Below, piece by piece: positions 1 to 10,542 of a stretch of 64,000 nt of DNA. The notes beneath the pieces were generated by a model. That model ran no database searches. It saw nothing but the letters and a program-made list of their open reading frames with translations, and was not told where the DNA came from. The position numbers and the translations under genes were made by a program. Within the stretch, counting starts at the first letter, position 1; each line of letters starts with the position of its first letter. This DNA comes from Promethearchaeota archaeon (GTDB lineage Archaea; Asgardarchaeota; Lokiarchaeia; Sigyniarchaeales; SOKP01), in the NCBI GenBank assembly GCA_019894975.1, contig JAGXNO010000002.1, forward strand, positions 96,001-160,000. The letters run 5' to 3'.

Positions 1-86
1 GCCCATAAATAATTGTTTATATTTATAAAATCAAAATAACTAAAATCTTTTATTATTTTTCTTTGATTTTAAGAAAAAAAAATTGA

Positions 87-2465
87 TTAGTATTCTGTCC
101 GAGTAATTATTTCATCTTGTGCACTTTTCGATAATTCTGTAAAATATACCGAATATCCAGCGATTCTTACTACTAATCCTCTATGAATCTCAGGATTTTT
201 TTGAGCTTCACATAGAGTTTGTTTTCCCACAACATTAAATTGGATTTGGTAACCCCCTTCAGGCTCAAAATAAGTTCTAATTAAGGGCATTAGTAGATCT
301 GGTTTTAATGTATTTGGATGAAAAGATAAAATTAAGGAGTTTCCGTTTGTCATTAACTCATTTTTTAATTTTTTGATAGAATTTAGAATAGCTGTAGGGC
401 CTTTCTTATCCATAGCACTTGTAGGGCAAAGACCATTTGAAAGAGGATCTGTCTTTTTCCTACCATCTGCTGAAGCTCCTGTAAAAACACCAAATGCTAG
501 GTGAAATGTTGTGGAGTAAATTCCAGGATTAAACTTCCCTCCCCGAAAATTAGTATGTTTAGAAATTTCTTCACAATAAAATTTTGCAACTTCAACAGCT
601 ATTTGATCAACATAATCGTTATCATTCCCAAATTTAGGAATTTTATTTACAAAATATTCTCTCCATTCTGTTCCTTTTCTTCCTTGATAAACGCCTCTAT
701 AATTTTTGGCTAGTAATTGAACTAAATCGTCAAAAGGGAGTAACTTTTCTTCGAAAACGATCTTTTTAATTACAGCAAGGCTATCTGCAACTGTAGCTAA
801 ACCAACCAATTGAGGGCCTGTAAAGTTGTATATAGCACCTCCCATAGTAATATCTAATCCTCGTTCTATACAATTATCTATAGTTGCTGATAAAAATGGT
901 TGAGGTGTTAATTCAGCAATAGATTTATCTAGAAAAAACATTATTTTTACCATATATTCAATGAAAAATTTTACCTGATCCTGAAATGTCTTCCAGAGAT
1001 CTTCATACGATTTAATTTCCTTTTTATTCTTAATCCCATATTCTTTCCGAGATAACATATCAACTCCATTATTTAATGTCAACTCTAAACATTTCACAAT
1101 GTTAAATTGGTTTGCGTTTGTTGAACCAAATGACTTGCTGGGGTGCTGGGGTTCAACACATCCTATTGGTGCATATTCTCGAGCATCCTCTAGAGTAAAA
1201 CCTTTATTGATTAGACCGGGTATCATTACTTGATCATTAAGTAAAGCAATACTTGTGCCCTTTTTTATTGATTCCCCAACTGTAATAAGAAATTCTTCAG
1301 AAGTATCTTGATGTATTCGCACGCAAAAAGTAGGTTGCACTGATTTAATATGAGTATAACCTTCCAATATTATAAGAGATAACTCATTCAAGGCATCATT
1401 TCCTTCACGGTCTAATCCTCCAATTACTACATTTTCAGCAATAGGGGGGCCCTCTACAGCAACAACTCCTTTTGAAATAACATAATTCCATAAGGTAGAG
1501 AGTTTGATAAAAAAACATTCTATAAGAAATTGAGCTTTGTCTCTTGTAATTTTTCCCTCTTTTATATCTGCTAAATAGTAAGGATACAAATATTGATCTA
1601 ATCGCCCTATAGAAATAGCAAAGCCACCATCTTCTAAACCACATATTAAATGAGTAAAATATATTAATTGTAAGGCTTCTTCAAAATTTTTTGGGGCTTC
1701 ACTTGAAATATTTTTACAATTCATAGAGATTTCATGAAGTTCTTTTTTACGGATACCAACTTGTTCTTTTTCTGCCATTTCTTCTGCCAAATTTGAGAAT
1801 CTTATTATGAATTTTTTTGCTGCTTTCAATAAAATGATTACAGACTCCAAAAAAGTCTTTTTATCCTTATCTTCGAATTCTCTCTTCATATTTATTTCTG
1901 CTTTTTGAATTAATCCATTGATTCCCACAGCCAATAAATTTTCATGACCTGGAAAAAAATGCCCAATTCCACTAGAAAGTTCTACATCTACAGCAAAAAC
2001 GAGCTTTTCCATAATATTTTTAATATCTTGGCTTAAATAGGATTGAAAACGCTCTTGTACGGTGATTTCTTCATTTTTCCAATAAGGTATTAGTTTTTCT
2101 CTTATATGCTGCCGTTCTTGATCGTTTAGGAAAAGTTTTTGAACGGGACGAGAAGCATAACTATCAATATCTTGCTCTATTGTATCGATTCGAGCCTCAG
2201 GAAAAAGAGGAGTTCCCACATATTTTGTACATCTGTTTCCAACAATATATTCATCTTGCCATATTTTGATAGACATATTTGTTAGATAGTAATCCATAGC
2301 TTTTGCAAACCTAAGAATCGGGTCTTCTTCTTTAGTGTTTTTGTAGGATTCCGTAAACAAATTAGCTCTTTCTATACATATTTCATGAGGGGCGTTAATC
2401 AATTCATTTTTCATTCTCAGCGTGCGTTCATTATATTTGGAGATGGAAATTTGTTCTATTTGCAT
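87..2465 (-). CDS. Glycyl radical enzyme (PFL2/PflD-like eliminase family), substrate unknown
   Basis: Single-Cys active-site loop IGCVEP, C-terminal glycyl-radical motif VRIAGYS, KFGND and GRLDQYLYPYY segments; 792 aa. Confidence 0.9.
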   Translation of the reverse strand: MQIEQISISKYNERTLRMKNELINAPHEICIERANLFTESYKNTKEEDPILRFAKAMDYYLTNMSIKIWQDEYIVGNRCTKYVGTPLFPEARIDTIEQDIDSYASRPVQKLFLNDQERQHIREKLIPYWKNEEITVQERFQSYLSQDIKNIMEKLVFAVDVELSSGIGHFFPGHENLLAVGINGLIQKAEINMKREFEDKDKKTFLESVIILLKAAKKFIIRFSNLAEEMAEKEQVGIRKKELHEISMNCKNISSEAPKNFEEALQLIYFTHLICGLEDGGFAISIGRLDQYLYPYYLADIKEGKITRDKAQFLIECFFIKLSTLWNYVISKGVVAVEGPPIAENVVIGGLDREGNDALNELSLIILEGYTHIKSVQPTFCVRIHQDTSEEFLITVGESIKKGTSIALLNDQVMIPGLINKGFTLEDAREYAPIGCVEPQHPSKSFGSTNANQFNIVKCLELTLNNGVDMLSRKEYGIKNKKEIKSYEDLWKTFQDQVKFFIEYMVKIMFFLDKSIAELTPQPFLSATIDNCIERGLDITMGGAIYNFTGPQLVGLATVADSLAVIKKIVFEEKLLPFDDLVQLLAKNYRGVYQGRKGTEWREYFVNKIPKFGNDNDYVDQIAVEVAKFYCEEISKHTNFRGGKFNPGIYSTTFHLAFGVFTGASADGRKKTDPLSNGLCPTSAMDKKGPTAILNSIKKLKNELMTNGNSLILSFHPNTLKPDLLMPLIRTYFEPEGGYQIQFNVVGKQTLCEAQKNPEIHRGLVVRIAGYSVYFTELSKSAQDEIITRTEY

Positions 2466-2568
2466 ATATATCCCTAAATATTATCATAATTCAGATTAAA
2501 TATGATTAAAATTGCATAGTTTAATAAAAATTTCTATTTTATTAAAGAAATTCTGGTACATAATAGAT

Positions 2569-3405
2569 TTAAATATATTTCATTATTTGATTTTTACTTT
2601 CGGGAGAAAATAAGAGTCTGGATTTTCTCTCATCTTGAAACCTTTTAATTGCTACATCTAAATATTCTTTATTTGAGTCTATCCCAATAAATTTTCGTTT
2701 TAAAATACTGCTTGCTATTCCAGTTGTGCCAGATCCTGTAAAAGGATCTAATACTAAATCTCCTTCATTTGAAGAGGATGTTATTATTCTATTTAATAAT
2801 TCTAATGGTTTTTGAGTCGGATGTTTGCCAAATTCTTTTTCCTTCTTAGGTATTAAAGGAATTGACCATACGCTCCTCATTTGTTTATCCTTATTCTTTA
2901 ATTTGTCTTTAGGATTATTCCAAACTTTCATTTCACCATAGTTAAAAGTGTGGTGAGATTCCCTTGATTTTCGTGCCCATAAAACAATTTCGTGGCTGTG
3001 AGTAAAGTACTTACAAGATAAATTTGGTGGAGCATTAGGTTTATACCAGATAATATCATTAATTATATCATACCCATTTTTTTCTAATAGATAACCAACT
3101 TTGTATATATTATGTAATGTTCCAGAGACCCAAATACTTCCATCCTCTTTTAATACTTCCTTACAAGCTTTGATCCACGAATCAATAGACTTAAGATCTT
3201 CATCAAATCCCATAGATTTATCCCAATTCCCCTTATTTACTGAAACCATCTTCCCCGATTGGCATGTAATCCCATCATTTGAAAGTAAATAAGGAGGATC
3301 AACGTAAATTAAGTCAAATTTAATATTGTGCAATTGTTTTAAGATCTTTAAAGCATCACCATGAAACAAACTGAATTCTTCTTCTTGATAATAGGGTTTT
3401 ATCAT
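2569..3405 (-). CDS. Site-specific DNA amino-methyltransferase, beta class (DpnA/M.DpnIIB-like)
   Basis: Motif IV DPPY precedes motif I DPFTGSGTT; HPTQKP; DPPYLLSNDGITCQSGKMVSVNKGNWD resembles the DpnA-type N-terminus. Confidence 0.9.
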   Translation of the reverse strand: MIKPYYQEEEFSLFHGDALKILKQLHNIKFDLIYVDPPYLLSNDGITCQSGKMVSVNKGNWDKSMGFDEDLKSIDSWIKACKEVLKEDGSIWVSGTLHNIYKVGYLLEKNGYDIINDIIWYKPNAPPNLSCKYFTHSHEIVLWARKSRESHHTFNYGEMKVWNNPKDKLKNKDKQMRSVWSIPLIPKKEKEFGKHPTQKPLELLNRIITSSSNEGDLVLDPFTGSGTTGIASSILKRKFIGIDSNKEYLDVAIKRFQDERKSRLLFSPESKNQIMKYI

Positions 3406-3553
3406 TTTTTAATAAAAATAGATATAGGTAGTAATAATCTAAGAAATAACTAAGAAATTATAATATCTTTTAATTATTAACTTTAAAGTTTTATATTATC
3501 TAGTACTTAATATTCATGTAATAAGATCAAAACATAGATTTAGAGAACCTAGC

Positions 3554-4495
3554 ATGATAAATAAAGAAAAGTTTGAGAAATTATTTAATCAACACTTAGT
3601 TAAAGATATTTCAGAAGAGCAAATAGATATAGTTCTTTCAGGTCAATATGGTAAAGCTCTTGAATTATTAAGAGACTCAGAAGCAACAGGTTTATTCCCT
3701 GCTCTAGTAGGGCCTCCTGGAGTGGGTAAAACTATCTTATGTAGATATTTTGCCAGCCTTAGAGCTAAGGAAAATAAGAATAAGAGTTTTAATTGGTTAA
3801 CAATGGATGAAAGTATCAAACCCTCGCATTTCCTTGGCTCATTTGATCCTGCAATAACCCTAAAAAAAGGATTTGTATTAGAAGCTTTTAATCCTGGACC
3901 TTTGTTGAATGCGATGCTTGAGGGAGGAACTTTTCTGGCAAATGAAATTAACAGAGCGACAGAATATTCACAAAATACACTATTGGAACCGTTAGAAGAA
4001 GCCTCTATCGGAATCCCGCATTTAGGACGTATAAAAGCGGATAAAAATTTCTTTTTTATATGTGCTATGAATCCTGAAGAATTATCAGGAACCCACCGCT
4101 TATCGGAAGCATTAAAAGATAGAATAAAGGTGTGGATCAAATTAACTTATCCTGATAAATCAACGGAGTTAGATATTATAAGACTTAATTTACCCGAACA
4201 TTTTATTATAGAAGAGTCAGAATTAGAGTTAATATATTCTGTTATAAAGGAAACTAGACAAAATAAAATTGATGTAGAAATTCCAGCTTCAATAAGAGCT
4301 GGAATAGCTATGGCCAAATTGTTAGGAAGAAGAAAGCAGGTTGAAAAAGATAGCAAACTGATAGAAAAAGAATCGATATATACTGCTCTCTCAGAAATTG
4401 CCAAAAATGTCTTATTAGGGAGTATAAAGCCCAAACCTGGCGTTAAAGTTGAAAATATTATAGAAAGTATTATACATAAAACTTTAGGTGGCTAA
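3554..4495 (+). CDS. MoxR/CoxD-type AAA+ ATPase
   Basis: Walker A GPPGVGKT, variant Walker B FLANEINR, sensor AMNP, LSEALKDR; overlaps the downstream vWA gene by 8 nt. Confidence 0.85.
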   Translation: MINKEKFEKLFNQHLVKDISEEQIDIVLSGQYGKALELLRDSEATGLFPALVGPPGVGKTILCRYFASLRAKENKNKSFNWLTMDESIKPSHFLGSFDPAITLKKGFVLEAFNPGPLLNAMLEGGTFLANEINRATEYSQNTLLEPLEEASIGIPHLGRIKADKNFFFICAMNPEELSGTHRLSEALKDRIKVWIKLTYPDKSTELDIIRLNLPEHFIIEESELELIYSVIKETRQNKIDVEIPASIRAGIAMAKLLGRRKQVEKDSKLIEKESIYTALSEIAKNVLLGSIKPKPGVKVENIIESIIHKTLGG

Positions 4496-6983
4496 TTTTT
4501 TGGGGATTTTTCCTGAGAATCCATGTGAATTCGCAGTGGAATTTATTAGAAGGATGAGAAATCATCCAGATATAATCCAGATACCATCTTCAAGACAGGT
4601 TTTATCAATTCCCAAATTAATAGTTTCTAGATATTATCGTAAGGGAGAAGTAACTCCAAATGACTTTATTGAAATAAGTGCTGTTACGTCATTCCCGGAT
4701 AATCAAAATTTAGCAAAGGAAATTGCTTTTGAAGTTTTATTTCCTAATTATAAAAAGAACATAATGAATTCTTTCTTCGAAGATAATGAAATAAGTGAAC
4801 AACCGTTAATGAGTGCAGAAATAAAATCAGAATTAGATCAAATTCAAGATTTAATCGACGAAATCGAAATGTCTGATTTTATAGATACTAATATGATTAA
4901 AGAAATGGAGCAATTTATGGAAGATTTAAACCAAAGAAGGAATGAGGATCTAATAGAAGCTGCACTCAATTTTTTTAATGATGATTCAGAATTATATAAA
5001 GAGGAAATAAATTCATTTGAGAAGTTACTCGAGGAAGCAAAAAGGAAATTAATTCAAAAAATTAATTCTCTAGATCCTGATGATTTAAAAGCTGGTAATT
5101 CTTTAGGATTAAATGACTTAATTCAAGAAAATTCAAAACGTTCTTGGGAAAAAATAGCAAGTAAAGCTCTAAGTAATCAAGATATTTCTAAAGATTTGGA
5201 AAATTTACTTAAATCAGAGAACATGCAAGATTTACTTCAATCAATTAAATTTCTTGATAAAACAAATGCAATATCAAAAGATTATCTTCAAAAATTAAAA
5301 AATAATTTAGAAAATCAAATTAACAATTTAGATCAATTATTTAATGCTGCTAAAACATTAGGAGAAACACCTAAGTTTAATTTAGATAACGTTATTAACA
5401 ATTCTATACAAAATTCCCCATTTGAGCATAACTTTAATTTAGCAAACTCGTTAGATCAATATTTTGGGACAAACTTAAGATCTTCTTTGCTGGATAAATT
5501 TGATCGAAATAATAATAATTTCAACATGAATCTATCACTTGAAACTCTAACTAAAACCGCATTTGCAAATAAATCTTGGAATTCTCTTTTCAATCAGGCA
5601 CTCCAAAATGCAATAAATGAAGCTATGCATCAAAATAAGAAATTTGAAGCTTTTAAATCACTCACACATCAAATTCAACAACTCTCAAATAGTTGTCAAA
5701 ATTTGCATTGTAGCCAAAAACTAACACAAAACCTTCCCAACCTGAGTGATTTAACTTTAGAATCAAGTGAATCTGCGGATCAACTTAAAAATGTCACCGA
5801 ATTTTTGAGAAAGATAGGTTTGAAACCCCCATCAGAAAAAATAGAATCAATGGGTAAGAAACTCTTAATGTCTGATGAGGATATATACGAACTCATTGAA
5901 CCAAATTATCAATTATTAAAGAAATTAGTTGATAAAAAAACAGCTGATTATGACCGTTTAAGTAGTTTATTGAATCAGATTAAGGATCAGATAAACCCGG
6001 AAAGATTTAAGGAATTAATTGCTACTGCTTTAGCTTCAGATAATCGAGAGGCATTAGGAGCATTAGGTAATTTTAATCTAAGTGATGCTTTAAAAGAAGC
6101 CCAACAAATTGGGGGCAAAGAAGCTCAAGATAAAATGATTTCATGCCTCTCGGCAGGGGGTGGAGAGAATTTACTCAAACAATGGTTTATGCATAGATCA
6201 AAGTTACCTGAAAATGCTAAACAGAAAGTTAAAGAATTAGCTAAGAAAGTATTAATTGAATTAGGGATATATTACTCCCGAGCGCGCTTAGGGAGCTCAA
6301 CTACGGGTCCTATTCCTATAAATATAGTAAGACCATTTACGATTGGAGACGATTTTGAAAATATAGATCTTGAGGAAACACTATACAATATATTAGAGAA
6401 GGGAAAGAAGTTAGATCATATTGAATATGATGATTTTTACGTTTTCGAAACTGCAAAAGGTCTTCGAACAGCATGTTTTGAACTTGATATCTCCGGAAGT
6501 ATGACTGGAGATAAACTTGCATACATGGCGATTTGCGTAACTATGCTATGCTACGGATTACGTAAAGATGAACTCGGAATTACCTTCTTTGAATCTAATA
6601 CACATGTTTTAAAAAACCTTGATCAAAAAATTGATCTAGAAAAATTAGCAGATGAACTCCTTTCTGTATCTGCTAGAGGTGGCACTAAGATACAAAGTGC
6701 TCTGGAGTGGGCAAATAAACAATTTAAAGACCATTCATATTCACGCGAAAAATTAAACGTTTTATTTACCGATGCAGAAATCTTTGACCTTCAAGATTCT
6801 ATGCAGGAGTTAAGAATATTGAGATCATTAGGTGTCGATTTCATTCTAGTGTGTCCTGAAACCTCTTATAATTTAAAAGAAGCTAATAAAATGATAAAAG
6901 TGGTAGGAGGGCAATTACTCACCATAAAAGATTGGAATGCATTCCCTAAATTAATATCTGAAATAATTAAATCAAGATTTTAA
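4488..6983 (+). CDS. Large vWA-domain protein (CoxE/ChlD-like) with N-terminal AAA-lid-like domain and helical middle
   Basis: MIDAS DISGS, RGGT and LFTD in the C-terminal ~180 aa; GTG start coupled to the AAA gene. Confidence 0.8.
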   Translation: MANFLGIFPENPCEFAVEFIRRMRNHPDIIQIPSSRQVLSIPKLIVSRYYRKGEVTPNDFIEISAVTSFPDNQNLAKEIAFEVLFPNYKKNIMNSFFEDNEISEQPLMSAEIKSELDQIQDLIDEIEMSDFIDTNMIKEMEQFMEDLNQRRNEDLIEAALNFFNDDSELYKEEINSFEKLLEEAKRKLIQKINSLDPDDLKAGNSLGLNDLIQENSKRSWEKIASKALSNQDISKDLENLLKSENMQDLLQSIKFLDKTNAISKDYLQKLKNNLENQINNLDQLFNAAKTLGETPKFNLDNVINNSIQNSPFEHNFNLANSLDQYFGTNLRSSLLDKFDRNNNNFNMNLSLETLTKTAFANKSWNSLFNQALQNAINEAMHQNKKFEAFKSLTHQIQQLSNSCQNLHCSQKLTQNLPNLSDLTLESSESADQLKNVTEFLRKIGLKPPSEKIESMGKKLLMSDEDIYELIEPNYQLLKKLVDKKTADYDRLSSLLNQIKDQINPERFKELIATALASDNREALGALGNFNLSDALKEAQQIGGKEAQDKMISCLSAGGGENLLKQWFMHRSKLPENAKQKVKELAKKVLIELGIYYSRARLGSSTTGPIPINIVRPFTIGDDFENIDLEETLYNILEKGKKLDHIEYDDFYVFETAKGLRTACFELDISGSMTGDKLAYMAICVTMLCYGLRKDELGITFFESNTHVLKNLDQKIDLEKLADELLSVSARGGTKIQSALEWANKQFKDHSYSREKLNVLFTDAEIFDLQDSMQELRILRSLGVDFILVCPETSYNLKEANKMIKVVGGQLLTIKDWNAFPKLISEIIKSRF

Positions 6984-6991
6984 TAATTAAA

Positions 6992-9349
6992 ATGACGATA
7001 AAATCAATATCTAATTTAGTTATTGAAAAATTTGGCTTAGATCTATTTCAACAATCTCTCAATTTCCCGAAAAATAAGATAAATATTTTTTCTTTACGAG
7101 AAGAACCTCTAAAGATTAGAACTATTATCTTTGATAATGATCGTGAATATCATCTTATAATAGATGAGAAAAAAGCGGAAATATTTCATGACTGTCCATT
7201 ATTTTTAATCCATTCAGAAAGAGAAAAGAAAATCTGTGTTCATTTTATTAAATTGCTTTCAATCATAAAACCTCTACATGCTGCTAAACTATTAAAGAAT
7301 CTAGAGAACTATAATCTAACTTCAGATGATTTTGGATTAAAAAAAAAGAGTAAGAATTTCCAATTATTAGCCAATAATTGTGTTAAAAGCAATAACTGGG
7401 TTGAAGCTCTTAACTATTTAAACAAAGCCATTAGTAGTCAATTCGATAGTAACCCAATTATTGAAATTTATTTAACAATTGCAATTGAAAATAATTTATT
7501 TCTCGAATTTTTTGAGTTTTTAAGAAATGCGTATGAAAATGATCTACCACATGTTTTTCCTAAATTCGATGAATTTCTTGAAATAGGTTTTAAAAAATTA
7601 TTAAATGTCATTCATAAATATTCCTTTTTTAATGTACTTAAAATAGCCGACTCAGTCGATTCTATTCTAAAATATAAAGATCCTTCGTTTATATCTCAGC
7701 TTTTTAACAAATTTGAGAAATTAGTTAGAAGCTCGAACTTTAATGAAAATTATTTTTCAATTTATCTAATTAAAAGGAATATAGATGTTTTGGTTAAGCA
7801 TAATCCTGAATATACAAAAATAATTACTCAAGACCAATTGAACTCACTAAAAAACAAACTATTAAACTATTTCTTGTCTGAAATCGATAGTTTTTGTTTA
7901 ATTGACAAATTAAAACTTTTAAAACGTCAATTTAGGGTCATAGAAATTCCAAAAAAAAAATATTATGATGAGTATAAGAAGTATAAAACAGAAATTAAAC
8001 ATCTAGAAAAGAAGTTATATTTGAAGAAATTTGCATTTCTGAAATTGTTATCTGAAAAATACAATGTAAAACAAACAATTGGAGAATTTAAAAAGAAGAG
8101 AAATGCCTATATAGTAAAACATGATGAAGAAAACTTTAAAAATCCTGTCTATAACTATATTATCTCTCGTATCGGTTTTTTTGGATTAAATGAACAAACC
8201 ATAAAGTCTTCAGAAATCGGAATTAACTACTTTATAATGAAAGAACTATTTTCAGACAATTTGGGTACTTTTCAAGATGTAAATTACTACAAAACACAAT
8301 TCTGGGGAGAAAATGAATATTCTATTAACCCACTTGAAGGATTTTCATTACTAACAAAAAATATTGAATATAATTATGAAGATGAACAGAAATATTCTGA
8401 AGATGTAATTATTATTGAATGGGATTTAGCAAGCAAACCTATTCAAGGGAGTATAGTGAATGCTTATGGGGCTCAAATAATTATCCCTGATCAAAATAAT
8501 CCATTATTTCATGATTTAAAGCCTTTTGATCTTTGTTACTGCAAGAAGACACCAGTTAAAATCGAAAGTAATATAATTAAAATTGTTAATGTGATTACTA
8601 AATGTTCATTCAAAGATGCAATTAAAAGTGTATGTAAAGGTATGGATTTTATAGAAGGTTATTATCCTTTGTCATTTGTAAGAGCAGTACTAAATAAAGA
8701 AATGAATCCATTTCAAGCAAATGACATGGTAATTAATAATCCAAATAAAGATTTTATCCCAAACTACAGTAAGTTCGTTCAAACATTTAGAAAGTTCCTG
8801 TTTGATTTTATTTTTAATGAAAAGGATTTAATTTTTGAAGAACTAAAGTCTGAAATTCACGGAAAATCAGATCAAATCTTAATCCTATTAAACTTGACAA
8901 ATGAGTTAAGTGGATTAGACTTACCTTTTTCAGAGTTACTCGAAGATATTGCATGTCCTGAAATTGATTTAATCGAATTTAAATCTAAATTCGTAAAGAA
9001 AATCCATTTATATATAAAAGAAACTCTGAATAAGCGAGATCTCGGAAGTACTAAGATATTTGATTTGAAAAAATTAAGAAATACTCAATTTTTTAAATAT
9101 GCTGATAAAATTTTACTTATTAGAAAGGAAGAATTTGAATCATCAAAAATAATAAAATCTATTAATGAGACTGGGACTCGGTATAATATTTCAGAGATTT
9201 TAAAAACGTATTATGGTCACAAATTCTCGAAGATTCTACAATTAGGAGATGTATCATCTCTAAAACCAGATAAATTCAAGAAATTCCTTGATTTTTCTTT
9301 AAAATTGAAATTAAATTTAAGAGTTATTGATTCCTTGGATGACGCATAA
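6992..9349 (+). CDS. Hypothetical protein with N-terminal SWIM-like Zn finger
   Basis: HDCPLF-x9-KICVH (H-x-C...C-x-H SWIM variant) followed by a TPR-like helix pair; 8 nt downstream of the vWA gene. Confidence 0.6.
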   Translation: MTIKSISNLVIEKFGLDLFQQSLNFPKNKINIFSLREEPLKIRTIIFDNDREYHLIIDEKKAEIFHDCPLFLIHSEREKKICVHFIKLLSIIKPLHAAKLLKNLENYNLTSDDFGLKKKSKNFQLLANNCVKSNNWVEALNYLNKAISSQFDSNPIIEIYLTIAIENNLFLEFFEFLRNAYENDLPHVFPKFDEFLEIGFKKLLNVIHKYSFFNVLKIADSVDSILKYKDPSFISQLFNKFEKLVRSSNFNENYFSIYLIKRNIDVLVKHNPEYTKIITQDQLNSLKNKLLNYFLSEIDSFCLIDKLKLLKRQFRVIEIPKKKYYDEYKKYKTEIKHLEKKLYLKKFAFLKLLSEKYNVKQTIGEFKKKRNAYIVKHDEENFKNPVYNYIISRIGFFGLNEQTIKSSEIGINYFIMKELFSDNLGTFQDVNYYKTQFWGENEYSINPLEGFSLLTKNIEYNYEDEQKYSEDVIIIEWDLASKPIQGSIVNAYGAQIIIPDQNNPLFHDLKPFDLCYCKKTPVKIESNIIKIVNVITKCSFKDAIKSVCKGMDFIEGYYPLSFVRAVLNKEMNPFQANDMVINNPNKDFIPNYSKFVQTFRKFLFDFIFNEKDLIFEELKSEIHGKSDQILILLNLTNELSGLDLPFSELLEDIACPEIDLIEFKSKFVKKIHLYIKETLNKRDLGSTKIFDLKKLRNTQFFKYADKILLIRKEEFESSKIIKSINETGTRYNISEILKTYYGHKFSKILQLGDVSSLKPDKFKKFLDFSLKLKLNLRVIDSLDDA

Positions 9350-9351
9350 TT

Positions 9352-10542
9352 CTAATTATTAATTTGCAATTTTCCATAATTGGAATCATAACCGGGCATA
9401 AACCAGAAATTTCCCTTTCTAACGTGGTTTATTGCACTAATTAAATCTTCAGGTAATCCTTTAAAATTGCTTTTTCCTTCCCAAATATTGTATTCGCTAC
9501 CATTATTAGAGATTATTTTATCATACAGAAATAAATTCTTTCTATCATATTCTGTTCCTCCTAAAATAACTGCAATTAGTGAAAGAATTGGCACGATATA
9601 CTGAAAACTAATATTTTCAGTATATTTTTTATCATGTAATTTTTGAACCCGAGAAAGAACTCCTTTAGTTAAACTTTTACCGCAATATGGGCAAATTTCT
9701 AAATTAAGCTTCGGACTACAATAGTAATCTAATTTATTTTCATGACGTTCTTTTTTATGCCCATCATAATAATACTTGCCTGCGGATGGTTTAAATTCAT
9801 ATGTTTTTACAATTTTATTAGCTCTTATTGATTCAATAAGATGACGATAATTTATTTTATTTAAATAAAATACACTTGATTCTCGCCCTAATCTATGAAA
9901 GGCCGTAGAATGACTATCTGAATTGGATATTATAGTAAATCGGTCTAATTCAGAAATCCTCCTTACCATGAAAGGATCTGCACTTAACCCCGTTTCTATC
10001 GCATGAATTAGGTTAATACTTCCACCCAAAGCCTCACCCATGTTCTCAAAATATGATTTTTCACCAAGTATTCCAAAAAAAGGTGTAAAGATGTGAGCAG
10101 GAATAATCTCAATCCTACGGTCTATTGCTTTCAGACCGAAAATAATTGATTCAACAGAAGAATAGATCTTAGGCCTACCATTTTTTCCCAAGTCACCAAA
10201 TCTAGATAAAAACTTCAAAGATTCATTTACTTTTTCAAAGTTGGGAAACAAAATAAGGAAATGAACCCTTTTCAAATGACCATTATATTTCCAAATTAAT
10301 TCAATTTCAGTTTGTAAAATAAAGTATATATTCGGTACTTTATCTAAATAATAAACACCATCTGTGTATTCAATTAAGTTTGTTTTTAAATTATTTAACC
10401 AGGAAGTATGTAAACAATCTCCTGTGCCTAAAATATTTATACCTTTTTTCGCAGAATTTAAAGCTAGGTTAAAAATATTTATATTTCTACTAGCCCCACC
10501 AGAATATTTACTATGGATATGTAGGTCACCTATCATTTGCAT
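9352..10542 (-). CDS. Endonuclease Q family (PHP domain plus Zn ribbon)
   Basis: DLHIHSKYS, GTGD, PAHIFTP, ETGLSAD, SNSDSHS, GKYYYDGH, CPYCG..KGV, C-terminal PGYD..YG. Confidence 0.85.
   Translation of the reverse strand: MQMIGDLHIHSKYSGGASRNINIFNLALNSAKKGINILGTGDCLHTSWLNNLKTNLIEYTDGVYYLDKVPNIYFILQTEIELIWKYNGHLKRVHFLILFPNFEKVNESLKFLSRFGDLGKNGRPKIYSSVESIIFGLKAIDRRIEIIPAHIFTPFFGILGEKSYFENMGEALGGSINLIHAIETGLSADPFMVRRISELDRFTIISNSDSHSTAFHRLGRESSVFYLNKINYRHLIESIRANKIVKTYEFKPSAGKYYYDGHKKERHENKLDYYCSPKLNLEICPYCGKSLTKGVLSRVQKLHDKKYTENISFQYIVPILSLIAVILGGTEYDRKNLFLYDKIISNNGSEYNIWEGKSNFKGLPEDLISAINHVRKGNFWFMPGYDSNYGKLQINN

Noticed and set aside
3554-4495. McrB-like restriction GTPase next to the methyltransferase
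   Set aside because: Lacks the McrB MNxxD motif (has AMNPEE), and the partner is a vWA protein rather than McrC
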